Position numbers and translations under genes: made by a program. DNA of 64,000 nucleotides from an uncultured Hyphomicrobiales bacterium (GTDB taxonomy: Bacteria; Bacteroidota; Ignavibacteria; Kapaibacteriales; UBA2268): positions 16,702 through 80,701 of the forward strand of contig CAYXMM010000011.1 in assembly GCA_964465945.1 (NCBI GenBank), written 5' to 3'. Positions within the stretch are counted from its first letter, which is position 1. Each line of letters opens with the position of its first letter. The notes under the pieces were generated by a model. That model was not told the origin of the DNA and made no database searches. It saw only the letters and a program-made list of their open reading frames with translations. This document shows positions 27,789 to 36,137 of this stretch, in pieces.

Positions 27789-28910
27789 TTAATATTCTAA
27801 TTTTCTATATGGAATGCAGAAAGTAATTTTAGTAAATTTGCCCTCTACGGATTCAATGTTAAATGTTCCATCGTGAAGTTCGACCATTCTTTTAGCAATC
27901 ACTAAGCCCAAGCCAACACCTTGTTGTTCGTACATTGTTCTTTCAAATTGCGTATAAGCACCAATATTGTTTATTTGTTCTTGGGACATTCCGCGACCTT
28001 TATCCTCTATTGAAATACAGAATGAGTGAGGAATTTCTTTGTCATTTAGCCACATTTTTATTGTAATTTCAGTTCCTTGTTGTGAGAATTTAAAAGCATT
28101 ATCAAGCAGTTCATCAACGACTTTATAGAAGCTTTCAGAGGACATTTCTAATAAGATTGAATCTGGGGCATCACCGATATTGACATCATCAAATCTATTA
28201 AATCGCATTCCAATTATGCTTACCATATCGAACATTAGTGCAGCTGGCTCGTGGGTTTCTTGCAATCTTAAGCGTTCTTGTAATTTTGGATTGCTTGCAT
28301 AAGATTCAATTCTTACATAAAGTAAAAAGTTTTCAGTGATTTTTAATAGTCTATCACAAGATGAAATAATGTCTGATGTTAATTCACTAACTTCTTCTGT
28401 TGTAAAAGAGGAGTTACTATTTTCTAATAATTTAGCTGAACCTTTAACTTGATTAATAACTGTTCGAAATTCGTGTGGTAAGGCGTAGTTTAAGTTTTTG
28501 CCTAATTCATCAACTTTTGATTGGATTTTGTCTTGGACGATTTGATTTTTTTTCCATTGTGAATCGATAGCGGCAAGTAATTCATCTCTGGTATATGGTT
28601 TAATAAGGAAATCGTCTGCACCGAGTTCCATACCCATACGCATATTTTGTTTTTCTGCGAATGCAGTAAGAAAAATAAAAGGGGTTGCGGAAGTTTCTTT
28701 GTTTTTTCTTAAGATATCAATAACACCATACCCGTCTAAATTTGGCATTGAGATATCGCAAAGAATTAAGTCAGGAAGATGTTCTTTGGCAGCAGCGACG
28801 CCTTCGACACCATCACTTGCTGTTACTACTTCATATCCTTCAAATGATAATAAGGTCGAAGTACTTTCTAAAATAAATTCTGCATCATCAATAACTAGTA
28901 TTTTTTTCAT
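27789..28910 (-). CDS. Hybrid two-component protein: REC domain, then HisKA, then HATPase_c
   Basis: The N-terminal segment ILVIDD...DLILCDISMPNLDGYGV is a REC domain. The H-box HEFRT is present. The C-terminal GRGM...GVGLGL marks the HATPase_c region. Confidence 0.7.
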   Translation of the reverse strand: MKKILVIDDAEFILESTSTLLSFEGYEVVTASDGVEGVAAAKEHLPDLILCDISMPNLDGYGVIDILRKNKETSATPFIFLTAFAEKQNMRMGMELGADDFLIKPYTRDELLAAIDSQWKKNQIVQDKIQSKVDELGKNLNYALPHEFRTVINQVKGSAKLLENSNSSFTTEEVSELTSDIISSCDRLLKITENFLLYVRIESYASNPKLQERLRLQETHEPAALMFDMVSIIGMRFNRFDDVNIGDAPDSILLEMSSESFYKVVDELLDNAFKFSQQGTEITIKMWLNDKEIPHSFCISIEDKGRGMSQEQINNIGAYTQFERTMYEQQGVGLGLVIAKRMVELHDGTFNIESVEGKFTKITFCIPYRKLEY

Positions 28911-28929
28911 CTATTTCATCTCAAATATT

Positions 28930-29379
28930 TTAAAAATAGTGGTTAATTGTAATTTCCCTTTCATTCAAATCAATATTGTTTATATTTATTTTAATCTTTA
29001 TATGGTTCTCAGGCAGTTCATCATAGGAGTTTTCTGCCCATTCTATTAGCGTAATTGCTGAATCTTGAAACACATAATCATAATAGCCAATATTGATTAA
29101 TTCTTCCTGTTTTTTAATTCTATACAAATCTAAATGGTAAATTGTAAGTTCTTCTTCTTTACTTTTACCAATATACTCATTAATTATAGTGTAAGTTGGA
29201 CTTGAAACACCATAGTTAATATTAAAGTAATTACATATACCTCTAATGAACTCTGTCTTTCCTACTCCTAAATTTCCATAAAAAGCAATAATATCGCCTT
29301 TATTTAACATTTTAGCAAAATTAAAGCTAATATTTTTAGTTTCTTCAATACTTTTGCTAATATATTTTTCTTGCTTCAT
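28930..29379 (-). CDS. tsaE: tRNA threonylcarbamoyladenosine biosynthesis ATPase TsaE
   Basis: It carries the P-loop YGNLGVGKTEFIRG and is 149 aa. Confidence 0.8.
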   Translation of the reverse strand: MKQEKYISKSIEETKNISFNFAKMLNKGDIIAFYGNLGVGKTEFIRGICNYFNINYGVSSPTYTIINEYIGKSKEEELTIYHLDLYRIKKQEELINIGYYDYVFQDSAITLIEWAENSYDELPENHIKIKININNIDLNEREITINHYF

Positions 29380-29387
29380 TGATTAAA

Positions 29388-30335
29388 TTAAGAATGTTCT
29401 GCAAGCCATCTTTCTGCATCTATAGCTGCGGAACAACCAGTCCCCGCTGCTGTAACTGCTTGTCTATAAGTCCAATCCATAGCATCACCACAGGCAAAAA
29501 CACCTTCGATATTAGTATAAGTTGATTTACCTTTTGTCATAAGGTATCCAACTTCGTTCATATCGATTATTCCATTAAAAATCTCTGTGTTTGGTTTATG
29601 ACCGATTGCGATAAACACACCTCCGGCTTCGATTTCCCAAGTTTTACCAGTATTTACGTCTTTTAATCTTGCACCAGTCAAACGCTTTACTCCATTATTA
29701 TTAGTTCCTAAAAACTCATCTATCACAGCGTTTTCAATAATTTCTATTTTTTTATGATTTCTTGTTCTTTCAAGCATAATTTTAGATGCTCTGAAATTAC
29801 TACTTCTATTTATAAGAGTAACTTTTTCTCCGAAGTTAGTTAAATAATTAGCTTCTTCCATTGCAGTGTCTCCTCCACCAATGACAATTATATTCTTTTC
29901 GCCTCGGAAAAAGAACCCATCACAGGTAGCACAAGCAGAAATGCCGGCGCCCCAGAAGAAGTCTTCTGATTCTAAGTTTAATAACTTAGCAGTAGCACCA
30001 GTGGCAATAATTACTGCATCAGATGTATATTTTTTTCTATCAGTAGTCATTTTAAAGGGTCTGCTTGAAAAATCAACTTCAGTAACGGTTTCAAATCTTG
30101 TTTCAGCGCCAAATTTAGTTGCTTGTTTTTTAAATTCTTCCATCATTTCAGGACCCATAATTCCATTTGGATAGCCAGGGTAGTTCTCAACGTCGGTTGT
30201 GATAGTTAATTGTCCTCCTGGTTGTTGTCCTTCGAAAATTAGAGTATCTAAACTCGCTCTCGAAGTATATAAGCCCGCTGTGAAGCCCGCTGGACCTGAA
30301 CCAATTATAATTACTCGTCTATGTTCTACCATCAT
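29388..30335 (-). CDS. trxB: Thioredoxin-disulfide reductase
   Basis: The motifs GSGPAG, CATCDG and GGGDTAMEEA are present. Confidence 0.9.
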   Translation of the reverse strand: MMVEHRRVIIIGSGPAGFTAGLYTSRASLDTLIFEGQQPGGQLTITTDVENYPGYPNGIMGPEMMEEFKKQATKFGAETRFETVTEVDFSSRPFKMTTDRKKYTSDAVIIATGATAKLLNLESEDFFWGAGISACATCDGFFFRGEKNIIVIGGGDTAMEEANYLTNFGEKVTLINRSSNFRASKIMLERTRNHKKIEIIENAVIDEFLGTNNNGVKRLTGARLKDVNTGKTWEIEAGGVFIAIGHKPNTEIFNGIIDMNEVGYLMTKGKSTYTNIEGVFACGDAMDWTYRQAVTAAGTGCSAAIDAERWLAEHS

Positions 30336-30476
30336 TTCCTCTATTATTTATCTTAACTTATTTATTTTTATTTCTAAAATTATCATATTAAATTTGAATA
30401 CAAAAATAATTAATCTTTGTATCAAAATCAAAAATATAATTTTAATTATTTTTAAATAGTTGTAAAATTAATTAAA

Positions 30477-31415
30477 TCAACTAATTTTATTTAATACTTC
30501 AAGTGAGTTTCGTTTCATTCCGCTAAGTTTAGTTCTTTTAACTGGACTTGACATAAATCTAATACTAAACTCCTCTTCTTCCATATTAACTAGGTCTTCT
30601 AATTTGATTGAAACTTCATTATTCCTTGGTAAAAAGTCGAGTTCTTTCGAAATTAGATTTCTATGATTATTCCAAGGGCATACTTGCTGACAAATATCAC
30701 AACCAAAAATCCAGTTATTCAAATTTTCAGAAATGTGTTTAGGAAGTTTTTCGTCTCTATTTTCTATAGTCCAGTAAGATAGGCATTTGTTTGCATCTAC
30801 GACTTTATTTTCGATTATTGCATTAGTTGGACAAGCATCAATACATTTAGTGCATTCACCACAATAATCTCTATATGGCTTATCGGCTGGTATTTCAATA
30901 TTTAAAAAGCCGACAGAGATAAAGAAATATGAACCTAATGACCTGTTAATAACAAGTCCATTTTTACCCTGCCAACCGAGTCCTGACCTTACCGCCCATT
31001 GCTTATCTAAACAAGGACCTGTATCGGTGTAAAATTTTGATTTAATACCTAAAGTTTCAAGTTCTGTTCTAAATTTTTTATTTCGTTTATCAAGAATTTT
31101 ATGATAATCTCTCCCCCAAGCATAGCGAGAAATCTTACCAAAACCATCTGTTTCAATATGGCTAATTCCAAAGTTGTAAGAACTTGCCATTACAATAACT
31201 GACTTGATTTCTGGAAAAATTAATTGTGGGTCTTCGCGTTTGTCGACATTACTTTCCATCCAAAGCATATCTACATTATAATTCTTAGCAAGAAAAGATT
31301 TGAAGTATTCTATTTCTTTTGATAGTTTATCATATTTCGCAAATTTTATTAAGTCAAAACCTAAATCACTCGCAATTTGAGTAATTTTACTTTTTATATC
31401 AGCAAATTCTTCCAT
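30477..31415 (-). CDS. queG: Epoxyqueuosine reductase
   Basis: Two 4Fe-4S motifs, CGECTKCIDACP and CDICQQVCPWN, are present, and the overall pattern matches QueG. Confidence 0.85.
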   Translation of the reverse strand: MEEFADIKSKITQIASDLGFDLIKFAKYDKLSKEIEYFKSFLAKNYNVDMLWMESNVDKREDPQLIFPEIKSVIVMASSYNFGISHIETDGFGKISRYAWGRDYHKILDKRNKKFRTELETLGIKSKFYTDTGPCLDKQWAVRSGLGWQGKNGLVINRSLGSYFFISVGFLNIEIPADKPYRDYCGECTKCIDACPTNAIIENKVVDANKCLSYWTIENRDEKLPKHISENLNNWIFGCDICQQVCPWNNHRNLISKELDFLPRNNEVSIKLEDLVNMEEEEFSIRFMSSPVKRTKLSGMKRNSLEVLNKIS

Positions 31416-31440
31416 TTACAAATTTACTAAATTTTTAAAT

Positions 31441-31470
31441 GTAAAAAAAAAAAGAGGCGATTGCCTCTTT
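31441..31470 (-). terminator. Rho-independent terminator of purM
   Basis: The minus strand reads AAAGAGGCaatcGCCTCTTT followed by a T10 run. Confidence 0.7.
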
Positions 31471-31473
31471 GAA

Positions 31474-32463
31474 TTATTCTACACTTCCGATTATTTTAGG
31501 ATTTGAACCCGAGCAAGCTTTCATTACTTCATCGACATATTTTTTATCAACTATTAGAATCATTCCTATGCCAAGATTAAATACTTTTCTCATCTCTTCA
31601 TCACTAATTTTGCCTGTTTCTTGAATAAGATTAAAAATAAAAGGAATTTCCCAAGAGTTCCAATCAATTTTTAAAGATAAAGGATTTCTAACCACTCGGC
31701 TTGTGTTTCCAATAATTCCACCACCAGTTATATGACTTATTCCGTTTAATAAGCCCTTATCTGCAAGAGGGTGAACTTCTTTCAAATATGATTTATGAAT
31801 TGAAAGTAATTCAGATGCAAGAGTTGTTCCTCTATCTTCGAAATGGTGATTTAAGCTATATGCGCTTAATAAAACTTTTCTAGCGAGAGAGTAGCCATTT
31901 GTTTGAAGTCCAGAGGATTCAAGTCCTATCAGTATATTCCCTTTTTCAACTTTATCGCCTGTTATAGCTTTTGCTTTATCTACAACACCAACAATAGTTC
32001 CTGAAACATCGAAATCACCATCAGCATAAATACCAGGCATTTCTGCAGTCTCACCACCAATTAAAGCACAATCATTTTCATAGCATGCAGTAGCAAATCC
32101 TTTAACTACTTCTGCACCCATATCAGGGTCAAGCTTTCCTGTTGCGAAGTAATCTAAAAAGAAAAGTGGCTTTGCTCCACAGCATAAAATATCATTAGTA
32201 CAATGATTTACAAGACATTGACCGATTGTGCCATAAATACCAGCTTCCGCTGCAATTTTCAATTTAGTTCCAACACCATCGACAGAGGAAACTAAAACTG
32301 GTCTTTCATAGCCAGCAAAATCAGCTTCGTAAAAGCCACCGAAAAGCCCAAGTCCGCTTAAAACTTTATTATTATGAGTTTTCTTGACGTACGGCTTAAT
32401 CATTTCAACCATTTTTTCGCCGGCATCTATATCAACGCCAGCTGCTTTATAAGTATTTTCCAT
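31474..32463 (-). CDS. purM: Phosphoribosylformylglycinamidine cyclo-ligase (AIR synthetase)
   Basis: The N terminus YKAAGVDIDAGEKMV and the full-length pattern match PurM. Confidence 0.9.
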   Translation of the reverse strand: MENTYKAAGVDIDAGEKMVEMIKPYVKKTHNNKVLSGLGLFGGFYEADFAGYERPVLVSSVDGVGTKLKIAAEAGIYGTIGQCLVNHCTNDILCCGAKPLFFLDYFATGKLDPDMGAEVVKGFATACYENDCALIGGETAEMPGIYADGDFDVSGTIVGVVDKAKAITGDKVEKGNILIGLESSGLQTNGYSLARKVLLSAYSLNHHFEDRGTTLASELLSIHKSYLKEVHPLADKGLLNGISHITGGGIIGNTSRVVRNPLSLKIDWNSWEIPFIFNLIQETGKISDEEMRKVFNLGIGMILIVDKKYVDEVMKACSGSNPKIIGSVE

Positions 32464-32472
32464 TTTTTCCTT

Positions 32473-33210
32473 TTATCGAACGAGTTCCCACTCTTTTGAA
32501 TAAGATTTTCCAGTAAACATCACAGCAATACCATTTAAAAACCATTTTAAAATTGTGTTAAAATACCCTTTCTGTCTAAATCGACGTGGAGATTCTAAAA
32601 CAATTATATCATTAGCAAAAGTAACTTTTTCAGTTTTTGCAATTCGTCTAAATAAGTCAAAGTCTTCACCAGCAGCAATATTTGGGTTGTACCCCCCTAC
32701 TTTATTGAAGTTTTCTTTATATAAAATCTGACACTCACCACGTCCCATTCCTAAGCCAATTACATTTAGTAATTTAAAGTAAGAATTAAAGAAAGCATAG
32801 AAACATAAATCTTTGAATCCTTTGTCTTCAGGGAATGGCTCAACTTTACCAGCAAGAGCGCTTGATTTTGAATAAATTTTACCTTTACCAAAATCAGCAA
32901 TTTTTCTTAAAAAAACTTCTGTATTCTTTGGCATAGTGTCAGCATTAATAAAAACTAATACGTTTCCATTTGCTTGCTCGGCACCAAGGTTCCGCCCTTC
33001 ACCAATAGTCTGCCTTTCGCCAGTCAAATTATTCACCACCTTAACATCAAAACTTTTAAGAATATTCAGAGTATCGTCAAAAGAGCCACCATCAGAGATG
33101 ATAATCTCGAAATTAAATTGTCCCTTAAATTTCAAAAGTTCGCTGAGGAGTCCTCCGATTAATTTTTCTTCATTATAAGCTGGAATAATAATACTAAAAT
33201 CGAACTGCAA
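32473..33210 (-). CDS. Glycosyltransferase family 2
   Basis: The IIIPAYNEE motif and a DxD-type fold pattern are present. Confidence 0.7.
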   Translation of the reverse strand: MQFDFSIIIPAYNEEKLIGGLLSELLKFKGQFNFEIIISDGGSFDDTLNILKSFDVKVVNNLTGERQTIGEGRNLGAEQANGNVLVFINADTMPKNTEVFLRKIADFGKGKIYSKSSALAGKVEPFPEDKGFKDLCFYAFFNSYFKLLNVIGLGMGRGECQILYKENFNKVGGYNPNIAAGEDFDLFRRIAKTEKVTFANDIIVLESPRRFRQKGYFNTILKWFLNGIAVMFTGKSYSKEWELVR

Positions 33211-33237
33211 ATTAATTTTCTTTTTGTTAAATTAGAA

Positions 33238-33264
33238 TTTCAAATATAAGGAATTTTTAAAAGT
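33238..33264. repeat. 27-bp perfect direct repeat, left copy (TTTCAAATATAAGGAATTTTTAAAAGT)
   Basis: An identical 27-mer recurs at 34282-34308. Together the two copies bracket a cassette of about 1 kb. Confidence 0.85.
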
Positions 33265-33327
33265 GATGTGTGAAAATTGAAATTGAAATTATAAATGAGA
33301 GATAATTGAACAATTTAATTGTGCTAA

Positions 33328-33597
33328 TTATTTATTTTTAACTTTGTATTCTACAACCCAAGCGATCATACTTTCAATAATATCTTTAAATATTAAAGCA
33401 TTTATATCATTTGGGTTATACTTCTCACTTTCTAAGCTAGTTACATAATCAAGAGTAAATTCATTGTATGCAAACCAAATTTCTTTGTATTTTGGAATAT
33501 TTTCTATATTTATTTTAAACCAGTCCCTAATTATTTTAATTATTTCTTCAGATTCATTTCTATGTGCTTTAATATTATTACCTGAGATATCGGACAT
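33328..33597 (-). CDS. Hypothetical small protein
   Basis: It is an 89-aa ORF lying inside the direct-repeat-bounded cassette. Confidence 0.35.
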   Translation of the reverse strand: MSDISGNNIKAHRNESEEIIKIIRDWFKINIENIPKYKEIWFAYNEFTLDYVTSLESEKYNPNDINALIFKDIIESMIAWVVEYKVKNK

Positions 33598-33663
33598 TAC
33601 TTTTTGATATCTATAAGGTTCTTTATCTAATATTAAAATTTGTTTTGAAGAGTAGATTGAGTT

Positions 33664-33939
33664 TTAAAATTTTAAACTAAAATCAATACCACACTCAAAA
33701 GGCATATTGAATCTTGGCAAACCATTTTGTAAGGTTTCCATCCTCGAAATATCATGAATAGAATACAACGACTTCATCATTAAATCTTTTATTCTATGTA
33801 AACGTACTTCACCTGAGTTTGCCGTTTCAGAAATTTGAGGTGATAAGTCTAAGTAAATTATTGTAAAAAGTATAGATTTTAAAAGTGGAAAATATTCATT
33901 ATCAAAAGGGCAATTAATAAACACATTCTTTAAATTCAT
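33664..33939 (-). CDS. Hypothetical small protein
   Basis: It is a 91-aa ORF (MNLKNVFINCPFDNEYF...HDISR...PRFNMPFECGI). No family was recognised. Confidence 0.35.
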   Translation of the reverse strand: MNLKNVFINCPFDNEYFPLLKSILFTIIYLDLSPQISETANSGEVRLHRIKDLMMKSLYSIHDISRMETLQNGLPRFNMPFECGIDFSLKF

Positions 33940-33950
33940 TTATTTGCCTT

Positions 33951-34190
33951 CTAATTTTCTAAGATTGAACCATCTTTTTTATGGATTATTATTTTCTTTG
34001 AAGTTTTTACTCTATTTACACTTTCAATAGCTTCTTCCAATGTGTTCGCTAATGAATATACTTTTTTGGTACCTTCTTTTTTTATCGCCCATTTACTTCA
34101 AGTAGGTATGATATGTATATTGCCACTTTTTGTTGAAGCAGCTAATTTCAACCTACTTTTTAGCTTAGTAATATCTTTTGTTGGTGGCAT
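33951..34190 (-). pseudogene. DUF2188-family small protein gene interrupted by an in-frame TGA
   Basis: The reverse-strand translation is MPPTKDITKLKSRLKLAASTKSGNIHIIPT*SKWAIKKEGTKKVYSLANTLEEAIESVNRVKTSKKIIIHKKDGSILEN. The second part matches the DUF2188 pattern (HVVP.G.GWAVK.EG...S.....EAI..A.......L.IH..DG.I). The stop codon, TCA on the plus strand at 34098-34100, falls exactly where the family has a conserved Gly. Confidence 0.6.
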
Positions 34191-34281
34191 TATAATCCTT
34201 GATAAAATTAAAATTCCATGAAATTAATTTAAAATATTTTAAATTTTTCATATATCTAAACGAAAAATTAAAAAAGTTACT

Positions 34282-34308
34282 TTTCAAATATAAGGAATTT
34301 TTAAAAGT
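34282..34308. repeat. 27-bp perfect direct repeat, right copy
   Basis: It is identical to 33238-33264. Confidence 0.85.
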
Positions 34309-34397
34309 TAATAGAATATTAAAAATGATTGTTTTTCATTTGGGAATCAAAGACTGCTAAAAGAATGTCAGGAATGTAATTTGTGGAAAATTTAAAA

Positions 34398-34438
34398 TAA
34401 AGGGTTGAATCTTAATTTAAACTAAATTCAACCCTTTA
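34398..34438. terminator. Hairpin terminator downstream of the merR-family gene
   Basis: The sequence AAAGGGTTGAAT-cttaatttaaactaa-ATTCAACCCTTT forms the hairpin. Confidence 0.55.
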
Positions 34439-34442
34439 TTTG

Positions 34443-35195
34443 CTATAAGTTATTCTCTACATAGTAGTTCATTGCTTCTTTTAAGAATTTTCCCATTTCA
34501 GGATATTCAATGCCGTTGATTGTAGTGAATCGATTATCTTCAATGTATAGGTCTGCTAATCCGAGATACTGCTCTTTTTCTATGTCTTCAATTTCAACAC
34601 CCCAAAAAAGTGAAATTAAATGGAAATGTTGGTTGATTAAAACTTGGACTTCATTTGAATCTGTGGGAAGTTTAGTGCTTTCAGCAAGTTCTTGCCATAA
34701 TTCTTTAAATTCTTGATTTAATTCATCAAAGTCTATTTTGTCCATCTTAATTAAATTATTTTCAGATTGATGGACTTTATCGCCCCATCGAGATATTGCT
34801 TCTTCTCTTAATTCTTTTGATTCAGGGAAGCCCGCATATAATTCTTCAATTTTCATAGAGATACCTTTATTTAGTTTTACAATAGTTTTTTCAAGAGTAA
34901 CAAGGATATTTTTAAACATTTTTTGCTTTTTTAACAAATTTACTTTTTGAACTTCTAAGGACTTAACTAAATCGAAATCTGATTTATCTAGAATTTTTTT
35001 GATTTCGTTTAAGTTATAGTCGAGGGCTTTATAGAATAAAATTTGTTGTAGGCGTAAAGTGTCATCTTCGTTATATAAGCGATAGCCTGATTCTAAGATT
35101 TCACTTGGAAGTAATAGTTCAATTTCTTCATAGTATCGCAAAGTTCGGATACTAACTCCGCTTTTCTTAGCAAGGACACCAATTTTCACTAACAT
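34443..35195 (-). CDS. MerR-family transcriptional regulator with a TipAS-like C-terminal domain
   Basis: The N-terminal segment KIGVLAKKSGVSIRTLRYYEEIELL is a MerR helix-turn-helix. Confidence 0.75.
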   Translation of the reverse strand: MLVKIGVLAKKSGVSIRTLRYYEEIELLLPSEILESGYRLYNEDDTLRLQQILFYKALDYNLNEIKKILDKSDFDLVKSLEVQKVNLLKKQKMFKNILVTLEKTIVKLNKGISMKIEELYAGFPESKELREEAISRWGDKVHQSENNLIKMDKIDFDELNQEFKELWQELAESTKLPTDSNEVQVLINQHFHLISLFWGVEIEDIEKEQYLGLADLYIEDNRFTTINGIEYPEMGKFLKEAMNYYVENNL

Positions 35196-35276
35196 TTTGC
35201 TACTCTGATAAAAAATAATTGCAAATCTAAATAATTACGTTAGGTACGAGTCAAGTATTATTTTTAATAAAAATAA

Positions 35277-35308
35277 AAAAGTCCATTTACTCTTAAATGG
35301 ACTTTTGA
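35277..35308. terminator. Hairpin terminator downstream of rpsD
   Basis: The sequence AAAAAGTCCATTTActcttAAATGGACTTTT forms the hairpin. Confidence 0.55.
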
Positions 35309-35330
35309 ATAATTTAATATTTTTAAAGTA

Positions 35331-35933
35331 TTATCTTGAGTAAAACTCTACAACTAATGAAATTTCGCATTCAATTGGAATTTCTTCTCTTGTAGGAACG
35401 TGAAGGTATTTAACAGAAAAATCTGATTTAGAAAGTTCCAAATATTCAGTAGGTGCAGCGCCTCTAACAGCGTCTTGGAAGCATTCAAGTTTTCTTGATT
35501 TTTCTTTGATAGATACTACATCGCCTGGTTTAACTCTATAAGAAGCGATATCAACTTTTTTGCCATTAACTAAAATATGACCGTGACCAACATATTGTCT
35601 TGCAGCATAAATAGAAGGAGCAAACCCTGATCTGTAAACTACAGCGTCTAATCTTTGCTCTAACAACTGCATAAAGATTTCACCAGTGTTTCCAGTGATA
35701 GCAACTGATTGGTCATAGTAGCTTGACATTTGTTTTTCAGAGATATTGTATTGTAGTCTTAATCTTTGTTTTTCAAGTAATTGTTTACCGAAGTCAGATT
35801 GTTTTGCTCTACGTTTTGAAGCTCCGTGTTGCCCAGGTGGGTAAGGTTTTTTAGTAGTAACTTTACCTGCTTTTGCAGTTAAATTGATTCCTAATTTTCT
35901 TGAAATCTTTACTTTTGGTCCGTTATATTTCAT
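35331..35933 (-). CDS. rpsD: 30S ribosomal protein S4
   Basis: The N terminus MKYNGPKVKISRKLG and the full-length pattern match S4. Confidence 0.9.
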   Translation of the reverse strand: MKYNGPKVKISRKLGINLTAKAGKVTTKKPYPPGQHGASKRRAKQSDFGKQLLEKQRLRLQYNISEKQMSSYYDQSVAITGNTGEIFMQLLEQRLDAVVYRSGFAPSIYAARQYVGHGHILVNGKKVDIASYRVKPGDVVSIKEKSRKLECFQDAVRGAAPTEYLELSKSDFSVKYLHVPTREEIPIECEISLVVEFYSR

Positions 35934-36137
35934 TATTAATAACCTATTGAAAAAAACTTTTTATTTATATTCTAACAATTAGAATTACAAAAATAAGTAA
36001 TAAATTTAAAATAAAAAATATTTTTAAAAAAAATTTCTATAATTCTTATATTTTTCATTGAAATATTGTGAAATTTATCTAAATTTGTAGTTTAAATTTT
36101 GTATATTACTAATAATTATTTTTAAAGGACTTTTACA

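Noticed and set aside
33328-33939. The 89-aa and 91-aa ORFs read as two halves of one frameshifted gene
   Set aside because: A 66-bp gap with stops in all frames separates them, and I could not recognise a family that spans both. They are kept as separate low-confidence ORFs.
33951-34190. Alternative genetic code (UGA=Gly, code 25) suggested by the in-frame TGA at a conserved Gly
   Set aside because: All large housekeeping genes in the window are uninterrupted under the standard code, and many genes terminate with TGA where homologues end. A local nonsense mutation or sequencing error is far more likely.
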